DNA of 64,000 nucleotides, from contig CAWEYP010000019.1 in assembly GCA_963813305.1 (NCBI GenBank), positions 20,082-84,081 on the forward strand, read 5' to 3'. A model generated the notes under the pieces. The model was not told where the DNA came from. It was given only the letters and a program-made list of their open reading frames with translations, and did not search any database. This DNA is from an uncultured Chloroflexia bacterium. GTDB lineage: Bacteria; Chloroflexota; Limnocylindria; Limnocylindrales; CSP1-4. Shown here piece after piece: positions 20,001 to 31,829 of the stretch; the stretch's first letter is position 1, and every line of letters begins with the position of its first letter. Made by a program: the position numbers and the translations under genes.

Positions 20001-21198
20001 GCGACCACGATCCGACTCGGGCGGCGGGGCCGACGCCCGCCCGGCGCCTTCTCGAGGAGCGCCTCTCCCGCCGACGCCTGCTGGCGCGCATGGCGGCGCT
20101 GGGGGCCGGCGTACCGCTCCTTGCGGCCTGCGGCGGTGGCGCCACGGCATCTCCGACGACCGCGCCCGCGAGCGGCACGCCGGCCCCGACCGGAGCCGCG
20201 CCGAGCGTCGAGCCGACGCCGGTCCCGACGCCCGAGGCCGAGCTCTTCGTCTACAACTACACCGAGTACATCGGCGCGGACACGATCCCGTCGTTCGAGA
20301 AGAAGTACGGGGTCAAGGTCACCTACGACTTCTTCGACACGTACGAGACGATGACCGCCAAGATCTCGACGGGGAACAGCGGCTACGACATCACGTTCGC
20401 GACCGGCGTCGACGTGCCGGGCTTTCTGGCCAGAGATCTCGTCCAGCCGCTCGACCATTCGCTCATCCCGAACCTCGTCAATCTCGGCGAGGAGTGGCAG
20501 AGCCCCGCCTACGACCCGGGCAACGCCCACTCGGTGCCGTACATGTGGTGGACCACCGGCTTCGGCTACGACACGAAGAGGATCCCGGAGGACCTCACGT
20601 CGTGGGCCGTCGCTCTGGGACGAGCGCTGGAAGGGCAAGATGGCGATGCTCGACGACTACCGCGAGGCGTTCGCGGTGGCGCTCATCCGCCTCGGCTACA
20701 GCGTCAACACGACGAGCGACGCCGAGCTCGACGAGGCGCTGGCCCTCCTCGAGCAGCAGAAGCCGCTCCTGCGCAAGTACACCGCCGACGACATCGGCGA
20801 CCTCTCGAGCGGCGACGTCTGGCTGAGCCACGCCTGGGGCGCCGACGTCTCCCAGGTCAGCACGGAGCTGGAGTCGGTGACGTACGTGATCCCGTCCGAG
20901 GGCGGGATCCGCGGCTCCGACGCGATGGTGCTCCTGGCGAAGGCCCCGCATCCGATCGCCGCCAACCTGTTCATCAACCACATGCTCGACGCCGAGGTGA
21001 GCGCGGCGAACACGAACTACATCTACTACATGGGCCCGAACGAGGCAGCCAAGGCGTACATCGACCCGGCGATCCTCGCGGACCCGACCCTGAACCCGGA
21101 GAAGGCCGCGATCGAGAAGCTCCAGGAGCTCCTGGACCTCGGGCGCGGACCTGCAGAAGTACCAGGAGCGCTGGACCAAGCTCCGCGCCGGGGCCTGA
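19997..21198 (+). CDS. potD: Polyamine-type ABC substrate-binding Tat lipoprotein (PotD-like), frameshifted
   Basis: SRRRLL...LLAAC signal, LFVYNYTEYI, FEKKYGVKVTYD, DPGNAHSVPYMWWTTG, YVIPSEG. Confidence 0.83.
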
Positions 21199-21232
21199 CC
21201 CGCACGGCGGGACGACGAAGCGAGAGGCGACG

Positions 21233-22085
21233 ATGCGCGACCGGACGCGCGACGCGGTCTTCCTGCTGCCGGGCCTGGCCTGGCTGGTCGCTCTTCTTCG
21301 CCGTCCCGCTCGCGATCATCTTCGTCGTCAGCCTGGGGACGCCGCGACCAGTTCGGGGGCGTGATCCTCGACAACCTCGGCTTCGCAGAACTACCTCCGC
21401 GCGCTCGAGCCCGACTTCCTGCCGACCGTCGCCAACTCGCTGCGGTACGCGGTCGCTCACGACGATCTTCTCGATCGTCGATCGCCTACCCGATCGCCTA
21501 CTGGATCAGCCGCTACGGCGGCCGCCGCAAGATGCTCCTGCTGGTCCTGGTGATGCTCCCGTTCTGGACCAGCTGGGTGATCCGGACCTACGCCTGGATG
21601 ATCATCCTGCGCGACAACGGCGTCGTGAACGGGATCCTCGAGGGCCTCGGGCTCATCGAGCGAGCCGATCGCCCTCCTCAACACCGACCTCGCCGTCGTG
21701 CTGGGGATGACCTACGGCTTCCTGCCGTTCGCGATCCTGCCGCTCTACGTCTCGATCGACCGCCTGGACCCGGCGCTCGTGGCGGCCGCCCGCGACCTCT
21801 ACGCCAGCGGGCGGGCGGCCTTCTGGCACGTGACCCTGCCCCTCACGATGCCGGGCATCATCGCCGCGGCCCTGCTCACGTTCATCCCGGCGATCGGCGA
21901 CTTCGTGACGCCCGACCTGCTCGGCGGCGCCCAGACGATCACGATCGCCAAGGTCGATCCAGACGCTCTTCCTGTCGAGCAAGGACTGGCCCTTCGGGGC
22001 CGCCCTCGGCTTCCTGCTCATCGTGGCCACGATCGTCGGCGTCGTGGGGACCCTGCGGATCCTGCGCCGCGAGGTGATCGGCTGA
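21233..22085 (+). CDS. potB: Polyamine-type ABC permease (PotB-like), frameshifted
   Basis: LVMLPFWTSWVIRTYAW, AARDLYAS, FVTPDLLGG. Confidence 0.82.
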
Positions 22086-22896
22086 TGCGCCGCGACCGCA
22101 ACCCCCTGCTGACCGCTCTACGCCCTGCTCGTCTACGTCTTCCTGTTCGCCCCGATCGTCGTCCTGATCCTCTTCAGCTTCAACGACTCGAAGCGCAACT
22201 TCGTGTGGCGCGGCTTCACCCTGCAGGTGGTACCCGGAGCTGTTCGGGAACGACGCCCTCCTGCGCGGCGCTCGGCGTCACCCTCCAGGTCGCCGTGATC
22301 GCCGTCGTGGCCACGACGATCCTCGGCACGCTCCTGGGCCTGGGCCTGGCGCGCCTGCGCTCGGGCGCGGCCGCCGGGCGCCGCCGACACCCTGATCCTC
22401 CTGCCGATGGTGACCCCCGAGGTGGTGATGGGGATCAGCCTCCTGCTCTTCTTCGCCCTGCTCTTCACGCCGAACGGGTCGATCTGGCAGATCGCGATCG
22501 CCCACATCGCCTTCTCGATCTCGTACGTGGCGATCATCGTGCGGGCCCGGGCCGTCTCCCTGGACCCCCGGATGGAGGAGGCCGCCCGCGACCTCGGGGC
22601 GTCGGCGCGCGGGGCGTTCTTCCACGTGACGCTGCCGCTCATCGCCCCGGCGGTGGCGGCGGGGGCGCTGATCGCCTTCGCCCTCTCGTTCGACGACCTG
22701 ATCATCACCTCGTTCAACGCGGGGGTCGGGCTCGTCGACCCTGCCGCTCTACATCTACTCGCGCATCCGGTTCGGCGTCACGCCCGGAGATCAACGCGAT
22801 CTCCACGATCATCGTGGTCACCACCGCGCTGCTGATCCTCGTCTCGATGCAGGTGAGCTCGCGGCGGGCGCGCCGGCCGGGTGGTCCCGGCAGTGA
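22085..22896 (+). CDS. potC: Polyamine-type ABC permease (PotC-like), frameshifted; 3' end approximate
   Basis: ILFSFNDS, PEVVMGISLL, EEAARDLGAS, LSFDD, PEINAIST. Confidence 0.8.
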
Positions 22897-22928
22897 ACGA
22901 GCGTCCATCCAGCGCAAGGAGCTGACCC

Positions 22929-24389
22929 ATGGCCGTCCACGTCGCTCGCCCGCCCCTGGAGCCGATCCGCTCGCCCTACCGCGTCCGGTTCCTCGGCGAC
23001 GACCAGCTGGACCAGCTCCAGGCCGCGACGCTCCGCATCCTCGAGGAGGTCGGCGTCAGGTTCCCCTCGGCGATGGCGCTCGAGATCCTGGCCGACCACG
23101 GCGCGAAGGTCGACATGGCGAGCCAGGTCGTCCGCTTCCCGCCGGACCTCGTCCGCCGGGCCCTCGCCACCGCGCCGCGCTACTTCACGATGGGCGCCCG
23201 CGTCCCCGAGTACGACCTCCACCTCGCCGACGGCGTCGACCTGGTTCACGACCGACGGCTGCGGCATCGAGACGATCGACTTCGACACGCGCGAGCAGCG
23301 CCCGTCGCGCAAGAGCGACGTCGGCCGAGATGGCCCGGATCGCCGACTACCTGCCGTCGATCGGGTTCTACTGGCCGATGGTGAGCGCCCAGGACCACGG
23401 CCGGACGGCGCCGCTCCACGAGGTCGACGCCGCGTTCAACAACACGGTCAAGCACGTCCAGTCCGAGACGGTCATGGGCGCCGCCCCGGCGCGCTACGTC
23501 GTCGAGATGGCGACCGTGATCGCCGGCAGCCGCGAGGCGCTCCGCGAGCGGCCGCCGTTCTCGGACCTCATCTGCACGATCGCGCCCCTGGTCCAGGACG
23601 ACGCCGGCATCGAGTCGGCCCTGGTGCTGGCCGAGGCCGGCATCCCGGTCGGGTTCCTGGCGATGCCGACCCTCGGCACGACCGCGCCGGCGACCCTGGC
23701 CGGCGCCTTCGCGGTCGGCGACGCCGAGGTCATCAGCGGCGCCGTCCTGCTCCAGCTGGCCTACCCGGGCACGCCCGGTCTTCCACTCGATCATGCAGGC
23801 CTGGGCCGACCCGCGGAACGGCAACTACGTGACCTACTCGGTCGACAGCCGGACGCGCTACGCGCCGGTCGAGATGGCCCACCACTGGGGCCTGCCGTCG
23901 CTGGGCGCCTGCTACGGCACCGACTCGCCGGCCGCCGGCACCTGGCAGGCCGCCGCCGAGGTCGTGCTCGACCCGGTGCTGGCCGGGCTCACCTCGCCCG
24001 AGATCGTCACCGGGATGGGGCTCGACCGGACCTACACCCTCCTCTACCCGGAGGGGCTCCTCCTCGACGACGACATCTACCAGCGGGCCCGCCACGCCCT
24101 CATGGCCCTCGACGTGGACGACGAGACCCTGGCCCTCGACGTCGTCGCCTCCGTCGGGCCGGGCGGCCACTACCTCGCCGAGGAGCACACCCGGACGCAC
24201 ATGCGGACGTCGCTCCGGCGCGGCCTCCCCCACGAGCCCGCCGAGAGCGGCGGCTACCGCGACCCGGTCGAGGTCGCCCGCGAGAAGGTCGCCTGGATCC
24301 GCGAGAACCACCACCCCGAGCCGCTGGAGGCGGCGCAGCAGGCCGAGCTGGCGCGGATCCTGGCCGCCGCCGACCGGGAGATCGGGTGA
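22929..24389 (+). CDS. Trimethylamine methyltransferase (MttB superfamily, non-Pyl), copy 1, frameshifted
   Basis: LRILEEVGVRF, ALATAPRYF, NTVKHVQ, GTTAPATLAG, VGPGGHYL, HPEPL. Preceded by an AAGGAG RBS. Confidence 0.88.
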
Positions 24390-25923
24390 TGGCCGGGCCG
24401 GCGACGGCTCGACCCGGCGCGCGGCCGCCCGGCCGAGCGGCTCCGGCGGCGCCCCGGCGGCGGACGGCCCGAGCGCGACGCCGCCGCTGGAGCCGATCCG
24501 CTCGCATCGCCGGATGCAGTTCCTCGACGACGAGCAGCTCGACCGGCTGCAGGACGCGACGCTCCGGATCCTCGAGGAGGTCGGCGTCCGGTTCCCGTCC
24601 GAGGCCGCCCTGGAGATCCTGGCCGGCCACGGGGCGAGCGTCGACCGGGCGACCCAGGTCGTCCGCTTCCCGCCCGACCTCGTCCGGCGGGCCCTGGCCG
24701 ACGCGCCGCGCACCTTCACGATGGCGGCGCGCGACCCGCGCTTCGACCTCCACCTCGAGGAGGGGGTCAGCTACTTCACGACCGACGGCTGCGGCGTGGC
24801 GACGATCGACTTCGACACCCGCGTGGAGCGGCCGTCCCGCAAGAGCGACGTCGCCGAGATGGCGCGGATCGCCGACTACCTCTCGTCGATCGGCTTCATG
24901 TGGCCGACCGTCAGCGCCCAGGACCACGGCGCGACGTCCCAGCTCCACGAGATCGACGCCGCGGTCAACAACACGGTCAAGCACTTCCAGGGCATGGTCC
25001 AGGGCGGCGAGCCCGCCCGTCGCGCGATCGAGATGGCGACCGTGCTCGCCGGCAGCCGCGAGGCGCTCCGCGAGCGGCCCATGCTGTCCGACCTCATCTG
25101 CTCCATCGCGCCGCTGGCCCACGATCACGACGGCCTCGAGGCGGCGCTCGCCTTCGCCGAGGCCGGGATCCCGGTCGGGATGCTCGCCATGCCGACGCTC
25201 GGCACGACGGCCCCGGCGACCTCGGCCGGCGCCCTGGTCGTCGGCGACGCCGAGGTCATCTCCGGGATCGTGCTCCTCCAGCTGGCCTTCCCGGGCACGC
25301 CGGTCTTCCACTCGATCATGAAGGCCTGGGCCGACCCGCGGACCGGCAGCTACGTCGGCTACTCCATCGACAGCCGGGCGCGCTACGCCCCGGTCGAGAT
25401 GGCCCACCACTGGGGCCTGCCGTCGATGGCCGCCTGCTTCGGGACGGACTCGCCGGCCGCCGGCACCTGGCAGGCCGGCGTCGAGGTGGCCCTCGACCCG
25501 CTCCTCGGCGGCCTCGCGGGCCCCGAGATCGTGACGGGGATGGGCCTCGACCGGACCTACACCCTGCTCTACCCCGAGGCGATCATCCTCGACGACGACG
25601 TCTACCAGCGGGCGCGCCACGCCCTGCTGGCCGAGGAGATCAGCGACGAGACGCTGGCCCTCGACGTCATCGCGAACGTGGGGCCGGGCGGCCACTTCCT
25701 GGCCGAGAAGCACACCCGGACCCACATGCGGACCTCGCTCAAGCGAGGCCTGACCCACGAGCTGGCGCCGGAGGGCGGCTACCGCGACCCGGTCGAGGTG
25801 GCCCGCGAGCGGGTGGCCTGGATCCGGGCGAACCATCATCCGGAGCCGCTCGAGCCGGCCAAGGCGGCCGAGCTGACGCGGATCCTCGCGGCCGCCGACC
25901 GCGAGCTGGGGGCGGCGGCATGA
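24389..25923 (+). CDS. MttB-superfamily methyltransferase, copy 2 (frameshift in the N-terminal extension; core ORF 24514..25923)
   Basis: Same MttB motifs; TGATG overlap with copy 1. Confidence 0.9.
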
Positions 25924-27428
25924 GCGCGACGCCCCCGCTGCGGCCGATCCGGCCGGCCCACCACGCCCGCTTCCTCGACGACGGACAGCTCGCCGACCTG
26001 CGCGCGGCCACCCTGGAGATCCTCGAGGAGGTCGGTGTCCACTGCCCGTCGAAGGCCGTCCGCGCGCTCTACGCCGAGCACGGGGCGCTCGTCGACGAGG
26101 CGCGGGAGGTGGTCCGCCTCCCCGCCGACCTGGTGGAACGGGCGATGGCGCGGGCGCCGCGCGGCTACGTCATGGGCGCGCGGGACCCCGCCTTCGACCT
26201 CGTCCTCGACGGGACCGCCCTGTACGTCGCCACCGACGGCTGCGGGATCGAGGTCCTGGAGCCGGGCGGCCACCGGCGCGCCTCCACGGCCGCCGACGTG
26301 GCGACCGCGGCCCGCCTGGCCGACGCGCTCCCGGCGGTCGGCTTCTACTGGCCGATGCTGAGCGCCCAGGACCATCCTCTGACCGCGCCGCTCCACGAGC
26401 TCCTGGCCTCGTACCCGAACACGGTGAAGCACGTCCAGACCGAGACGGTGATGGGCGCCCGGCCGGCGCGGTACGCGGTGGAGATGGCCCGGGTCCTCGC
26501 CGGCGACGACGCGACGCTGCGGGCGCGGCCGCCGCTCTCCGCGCTCATCTGCACGATCGCCCCGCTGGCCCAGGACGACGAGGGGATGGAGGGGGCCCTG
26601 GTCCTGGCCGAGGCCGGCATCCCGGTCGGCTTCATGTCGATGGCGACGGCCGGCTCCACCGGCCCCGCCACGATCCCCGGCACCGTCGTCGCCGGCGACG
26701 CGGAGATCGTGGCGGCGCTGACGCTCGTCCAGCTGGTCCATCCCGGCGCCCCGGTCTTCCACTCGCTGATGACCGGGATGATGGAGCCGCGCACGGGCGC
26801 CTACCTGGCGACGCCCTGGGAGGGCGAGATCGCCTACGTGGCCGGGGTGGAGCTGGCCCACGCCTGGGGCGTCCCGACCCTCGCCGGCGTCTACGGCACC
26901 GATGCCCGGACGCCGGGCTGGCAGGCGGCCGCGGAGGCGGCGGTGGCCCTGACGCTGTGCGCCCTCGCCGGCGCCGAGACCGGCAGCGGGATGGGCCTCC
27001 TGGAGTCCTGCACGCTCTTCACCCCCGAGCAGCTGGTCCTCGACGGCGACCTCCACGAGCGGGTGCGCTGCACGCTGGCGGCCTTCGACACGAGCCGCGA
27101 GGCGCTGGCCCTCGACGTGATCAGGGCGGTCGGCCCCAAGGGCCACTACCTGTACGAGCGGCACACCCGCGACGAGCTGCGCCGGCGACGCTTCTCCCCG
27201 CTGACCGGGCAGGTGGCCCTCGACGGGACCCCGATCGACCCGGTCGACGCCGCCCGGGCCGAGGCCGCCCGGATCCTGGCCGAGCACCTCCCCGAGCCGC
27301 TCGACGACGCCCGGGCGCGCGAGCTGGCACGCATCGTGGCGGCCGCGGACCGCGAGGCGGAGGCCGGGGAAGGGGCCGCGGCGGCGGCACCCGCCGGTCG
27401 CGGCCACCGCGCGGGGTCGCGAGGATGA
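25920..27428 (+). CDS. MttB-superfamily methyltransferase, copy 3
   Basis: LEILEEVGV, TDGCG, NTVKHVQTE, GSTGPATIPG, VGPKGHYL. Frame intact. Confidence 0.9.
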   Translation: MSATPPLRPIRPAHHARFLDDGQLADLRAATLEILEEVGVHCPSKAVRALYAEHGALVDEAREVVRLPADLVERAMARAPRGYVMGARDPAFDLVLDGTALYVATDGCGIEVLEPGGHRRASTAADVATAARLADALPAVGFYWPMLSAQDHPLTAPLHELLASYPNTVKHVQTETVMGARPARYAVEMARVLAGDDATLRARPPLSALICTIAPLAQDDEGMEGALVLAEAGIPVGFMSMATAGSTGPATIPGTVVAGDAEIVAALTLVQLVHPGAPVFHSLMTGMMEPRTGAYLATPWEGEIAYVAGVELAHAWGVPTLAGVYGTDARTPGWQAAAEAAVALTLCALAGAETGSGMGLLESCTLFTPEQLVLDGDLHERVRCTLAAFDTSREALALDVIRAVGPKGHYLYERHTRDELRRRRFSPLTGQVALDGTPIDPVDAARAEAARILAEHLPEPLDDARARELARIVAAADREAEAGEGAAAAAPAGRGHRAGSRG

Positions 27429-28880
27429 CGACGCTCGTCGAGGTCCTCCCGGCGGCCCGGCGGGAGGAAGTCCGTGAGCGGGCGCTTACTGTCCTGGCGC
27501 GGACCGGGCTCCGGGTCGAATCCGACCGGGCCCGGGCGCTCCTCGGTGCGGCGGGCGGTCAGGTCGACGAGGGCAACCTCCGGGTCCGCCTGCCGCTGGC
27601 CGTCGTCGAGGCGGCGCTTGCGGCCGCCCCCCGCTCGTTCACCCTCGGTGGGCGGCGCGACGGCTGGGAGCTGCCGCTCGACGGGACCGGCTGCAGCCTC
27701 GTCGCCGACGGCGAGGCGCTCCAGACGCTCGAGCTGCCGGCGGGGACCCGGCGCGCGGCGACGGAGGCCGACTGGGAGCAGTCGACGCGCCTCATCGACG
27801 CCCTCCCCGAGGTCGGCGTCTACTGGCGGATGGTCGGCTTCGAGGGCGGCGACCCGGCGCCCGGGCGCGACCGCCCGGGCCTGGGCCGGCGCCTTCACCT
27901 GGTTCGGCCGCCACGTCCAGGACTCGGCGGCCGACGAGGGCGAGGCGCGCTGGCTCCTGGAGATGCTCGACGTCCTCTTCGGGGGTCGCGAGGAGGTCCG
28001 CCGGCGGCGGCCGTTCTCGTTCCTGCTCTGCCCCTTCACGCCGCTCGTCCTCGAGGGGCCGTACACGGACGCCTGGCTGGCGACGGTCGACTGGGGGCTC
28101 CCGGTGGCGGCGATGCCGATGCCGATGATGGGCCTCTCGGCGCCGGTCGGGCTCCTGGCGACGACGGTGCTCGGGACGGCCGAGACGCTGGCGACCCTCT
28201 GCCTGGTCCAGGCCGCGGCGCCCGGCACGCCGTTCATCTTCGCACCGGCCCTTGCGGTCATGGAGCCGCGGAGCGGGCGCTACGCCGGCGGCGCCGTGGA
28301 GCACGCCCTCCTGGGCGCGGCGACGACCGAGATGGCCCGCCACCTCGGGCTTCCCGTCCAGGCCTCGGTCGGCGGGACGGACGCCCACGTTCCGGGCGTC
28401 CAGGCCGGCCTCGAGCGGGCCCTCGGCGCGCTTCTCCCCGTGCTCGCCTGGCCGGACCTCCTCGTCGGCCCGGGGCTCCTCGGCGGCTCGACCGTCTACT
28501 CGCCCGAGCAGCTCATCCTCGACGTGGAGCTCTTCCGCCGGTGCCTGCGCCTCCGGCGAGGCATGGACGGCGCCTTCGAGGAGGCCGTCGAGGCGGCGCT
28601 CGACGAGGCCGGGCCCGGCGGCGACTTCATCGCCCGGCCGGCGACCCGGCGGGCGACCCACGAGGGCGAGTGGCACCTCGACCGGATCGGCGTCCGGGAC
28701 ACCTGGGAGCGCTGGGAGGCGGCCGGGCGGCCGGACGCCGTCGACGACGCACGGGCGCTCGCGACGGAGCTGCTCGCCACCCACGAGCCACCACCCATGG
28801 ACGAGGCGACGGCGCGCGCGCTCGCCGACCTCGTGGAGCGGGCTGCCGCGGCGGACGCGGCGGCGACGAAGGGACGATAG
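27425..28880 (+). CDS. MttB-superfamily methyltransferase, copy 4 (divergent; frameshift near 27860)
   Basis: VLARTGLRV, AAAPRSFTL, PMMGLSAPV, AAAPGTPFIF, AGPGGDFI. Confidence 0.85.
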
Positions 28881-28882
28881 CG

Positions 28883-30317
28883 ATGCGGTACGGGGCAACC
28901 TTCCTCGACGGCGCCGAACGCGACCAGGTCCACGAGGCGAGCCTGCAGATCCTCGCCGAGACCGGCGTGCGCTTCCACGGCGAGCGGGCGCTGCCGCTGC
29001 TGGCCGACGCCGGCGCCCAGGTGGACGCGGAGGCCGGCGTGGCCCGGATCCCGCGCGAGCTCGTCGAGGCGGCCCTGGCGTCGGCGCCCCGCTCTTTCGT
29101 CCTCGGCGCCCGCAATCCGGCCCACGACTACGCCCTCCCCTCCCCGGTGACGCGCTACGCGATCGACGGGACGGCCGCCTTCGCCATCGACTTCGAGACC
29201 GGCGAGCGGCGCTACGGCACGCGGCGCGACTGCGGAGCTGGCGCTGCGCGTCTTCCAGCAGGCGGACATGGGGGTCATGGCCTGGGCGCCGGTGACCGCC
29301 TCCGACGCCCCCGCCGGGACGCGCGCCCTCCACGAGTTCGTGGCGATGGTCCGCCACTCCTCCAAGCACGGGCAGCACGAGCTCCACACCCGGGAGCAGG
29401 TCCCCTTCCTCGCCGAGGCCCTCACGATCGCCGGGGGCGGCGCGGCCGCCGTCCGCGAGCGCCATCCCTGGTCGCTGATCTACTGCCCGGTCGCGCCGCT
29501 GGTCCACGACGGGCCGATGCTCGACGCCTACCTCGACCTCGGCGAGCTCGACCTGCCGGTCATGATCATGCCGATGCCGGTGACGGGCACGACCGGCCCG
29601 GCCGGGCTCCTGGCGAACGTCGCGCTGGCCAACGCCGAGGCGCTCTCGGCGATCGTCGTCTACCAGCTGGCGCACCCCGGGCGGCCGGTGATGTACAGCA
29701 GCGCCACCGGCTCGATGGACTTCCGCACCGGCGCCTTCCTGGGCGGGACGCCGGAGATGGGGATCATGTCGGCCGCGCTCGTCACGATGGGCCGCTCGTA
29801 CGGCCTGCCGGCCACCGCGGCGGGCTGCACGTCCGACGCGCCTGAGCCCGGGCCGGAAGCGGTCATCGAGAAGCTCGTGACGATGCTCCCGCCGGCCTCG
29901 GCCGGCGCCGACATCGTGGTCGGCTTCGGCGAGATCCAGGGCGACCAGGCCCTGGTCCTCGAGCAGATCCTCGTCGACAACGAGCTGGCCCACTACGTCG
30001 AGCGCCTGGTGGAAGGGGTCGGAGAGCCGGCCGACCCCGACTTCGTCGCCGAGGTGGCCTCGGTCGGGCCGGGCGGCAACTTCCTGGCAAGCCGCGTCAC
30101 CCGCCGTGCGGCCCGCAGCCGCGAATTCCTCGTGCCGTCGCTCATCGGCCGCCACGCCTACGAGGCCTGGCGCGACCTCGGCTCGCCGTCGATGTACGGG
30201 CGGGCCCGGGACCGGGTTCGCGAGATCCTCGCCGGACCCGTCGTCGACCCCCTCCCCGACGCCGTCGAGGCCGAGCTGGCCCGCGTCCTCGCCGCCGCCG
30301 ACGCGGAGCTGGGATGA
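28883..30317 (+). CDS. MttB-superfamily methyltransferase, copy 5 (frameshift near 29230)
   Basis: HEASLQILAETGVRF, SSKHGQ, GTTGPAGL, MDFRTG, VGPGGNFL. Confidence 0.87.
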
Positions 30318-30382
30318 CCGACGCCCCCGGCGCCGCGCCCGCCACCACACCCGTTCGCCATGCACCCCCGGAGGACCGAGCC

Positions 30383-31030
30383 ATGACCGAGGACCTGTTC
30401 GCGGCGATGCGCCAGAGCGTGATCGACGGCGATTCCGACGCCGCGGCCGAGCTGGCCAGGCAGTCCCTGGCGGCGGGCATGGACCCCGTCGCCGCCATCG
30501 ACGAAGGGTTCGTGCCCGGGATCCACATTGTCGGCGAGCAGTTCCGCTGCGGCGACATGTTCCTGCCCGACATGATGCTCGCCGCCCGCGCGATGCAGAA
30601 GGCGATCGGCATCCTCGAGCCGGAGATGCTCGCCCGGTCCGCCCAGCGCAAGGTCCTGGGGCGGGTGGTCATCGGGACGGCGAAGGGCGACATCCACGAG
30701 ATCGGCAAGAACCTCGTCGGGATGATGCTCACGGCGAACGGCTTCGAAGTCCACGACCTCGGCGTCGACGTGACGCCGGAGCGCTTCGTGGAGAAGGTGC
30801 GCGAGGTCGGGGCGAACGTCGTCGGCGTGTCGGCGCTCCTGACGACGACGATGGTCGGCCAGCGCGCCGTCATCGCCGCCCTCGCCGACGCCGGCCTGCG
30901 CGACAGCGTCAAGGTGGTGGTCGGCGGCGCCCCGGTCACCCGGGCCTGGGCCGACGAGATCGGCGCCGACGGCTACGGCGAGGACGCCGTCGGGGCGGTC
31001 ACCGTCACGCGGGCGCTCGTCGGCGCCTGA
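30383..31030 (+). CDS. Corrinoid (cobalamin-binding) methyl-acceptor protein, MttC/MtgC-like
   Basis: Cap domain plus GTAKGDIHEIGKNLV (DxHxxG), VGVSALLTTT, VVGGAP, GADGY. GGAGG RBS before 30383; alternative start at 30314. Confidence 0.93.
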   Translation: MTEDLFAAMRQSVIDGDSDAAAELARQSLAAGMDPVAAIDEGFVPGIHIVGEQFRCGDMFLPDMMLAARAMQKAIGILEPEMLARSAQRKVLGRVVIGTAKGDIHEIGKNLVGMMLTANGFEVHDLGVDVTPERFVEKVREVGANVVGVSALLTTTMVGQRAVIAALADAGLRDSVKVVVGGAPVTRAWADEIGADGYGEDAVGAVTVTRALVGA

Positions 31031-31062
31031 GGGTCCAGGATGATGAAGCGCGGGCTCGTGCG

Positions 31063-31674
31063 ATGACCGGCGGCGATGCTCCGGGACCCGTTCCTGCGAG
31101 GCCGTCGCGTTGGCGCGTCGGTCCGCCGGGTGTGCTCGTCTCCCTCGCGACCGCCACCGCGATCGTGATCGCGCTGGACGCGAGCTCCCGGGGGTCGCTC
31201 GGGACGTACCTGATCGCCGCGCCGATCTGGTTCGTGATCGCGGGCGCATGGCTCGTGCGGTTCGGCATGGCCGCGGCGCGAACCCGGCTGCGGATGCCGA
31301 CCGCGCACTGGGCGCGCTGGCTGATGATCCCGGTCGCGATGGGGCTCGTGTTCCTCGTCACGCGGACGGAGGTGCTGTTCGACACCCGGCTCGCCCTCTC
31401 GCGCGGTGCGATGGACCAGATGGCCGCGGACGTGATGGCGGGCGGCTCGGCGGACCGCGGCTGGGTCGGCCTGTACGACGTGGGCGAGGTCGAGCGGACC
31501 GCGAACGGCTTGCGGTTCGTGGTCGATGACAGCGGTCTCTACCGACTGGGGTTCGCCTACTCGCCCGACGGAGAGCCGAGGCTGACCGAGGACAACTACT
31601 CGCCACTCTGGACCGGCGCAACCTTCGAGCCGGTGGGCGGCGGCTGGTGGCTCTGGTCCGAGGCGTGGGACTGA
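31063..31674 (+). CDS. Hypothetical membrane protein
   Basis: Three hydrophobic segments and a C-terminal GFAYSPDG...GGGWW domain. Confidence 0.65.
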   Translation: MTGGDAPGPVPARPSRWRVGPPGVLVSLATATAIVIALDASSRGSLGTYLIAAPIWFVIAGAWLVRFGMAAARTRLRMPTAHWARWLMIPVAMGLVFLVTRTEVLFDTRLALSRGAMDQMAADVMAGGSADRGWVGLYDVGEVERTANGLRFVVDDSGLYRLGFAYSPDGEPRLTEDNYSPLWTGATFEPVGGGWWLWSEAWD

Positions 31675-31829
31675 GGGCCCGTCGTCGAAGGATCCCGTTC
31701 GGCGAGGCCGCGGGGTGGCTCCGGCGGGTGCTCGATGGCGACGTGCGCGAACGCAAGGTCGAACACCTGCATTCCGTGGAGGCTCTGAGGTGCAGTGAGG
31801 TTCGGGCCGCCCATGGGCTGACCTGACGC

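Noticed and set aside
22929-30317. Pyrrolysine-containing trimethylamine methyltransferases
   Set aside because: No in-frame amber codon at the expected position and no pyl genes in the window.
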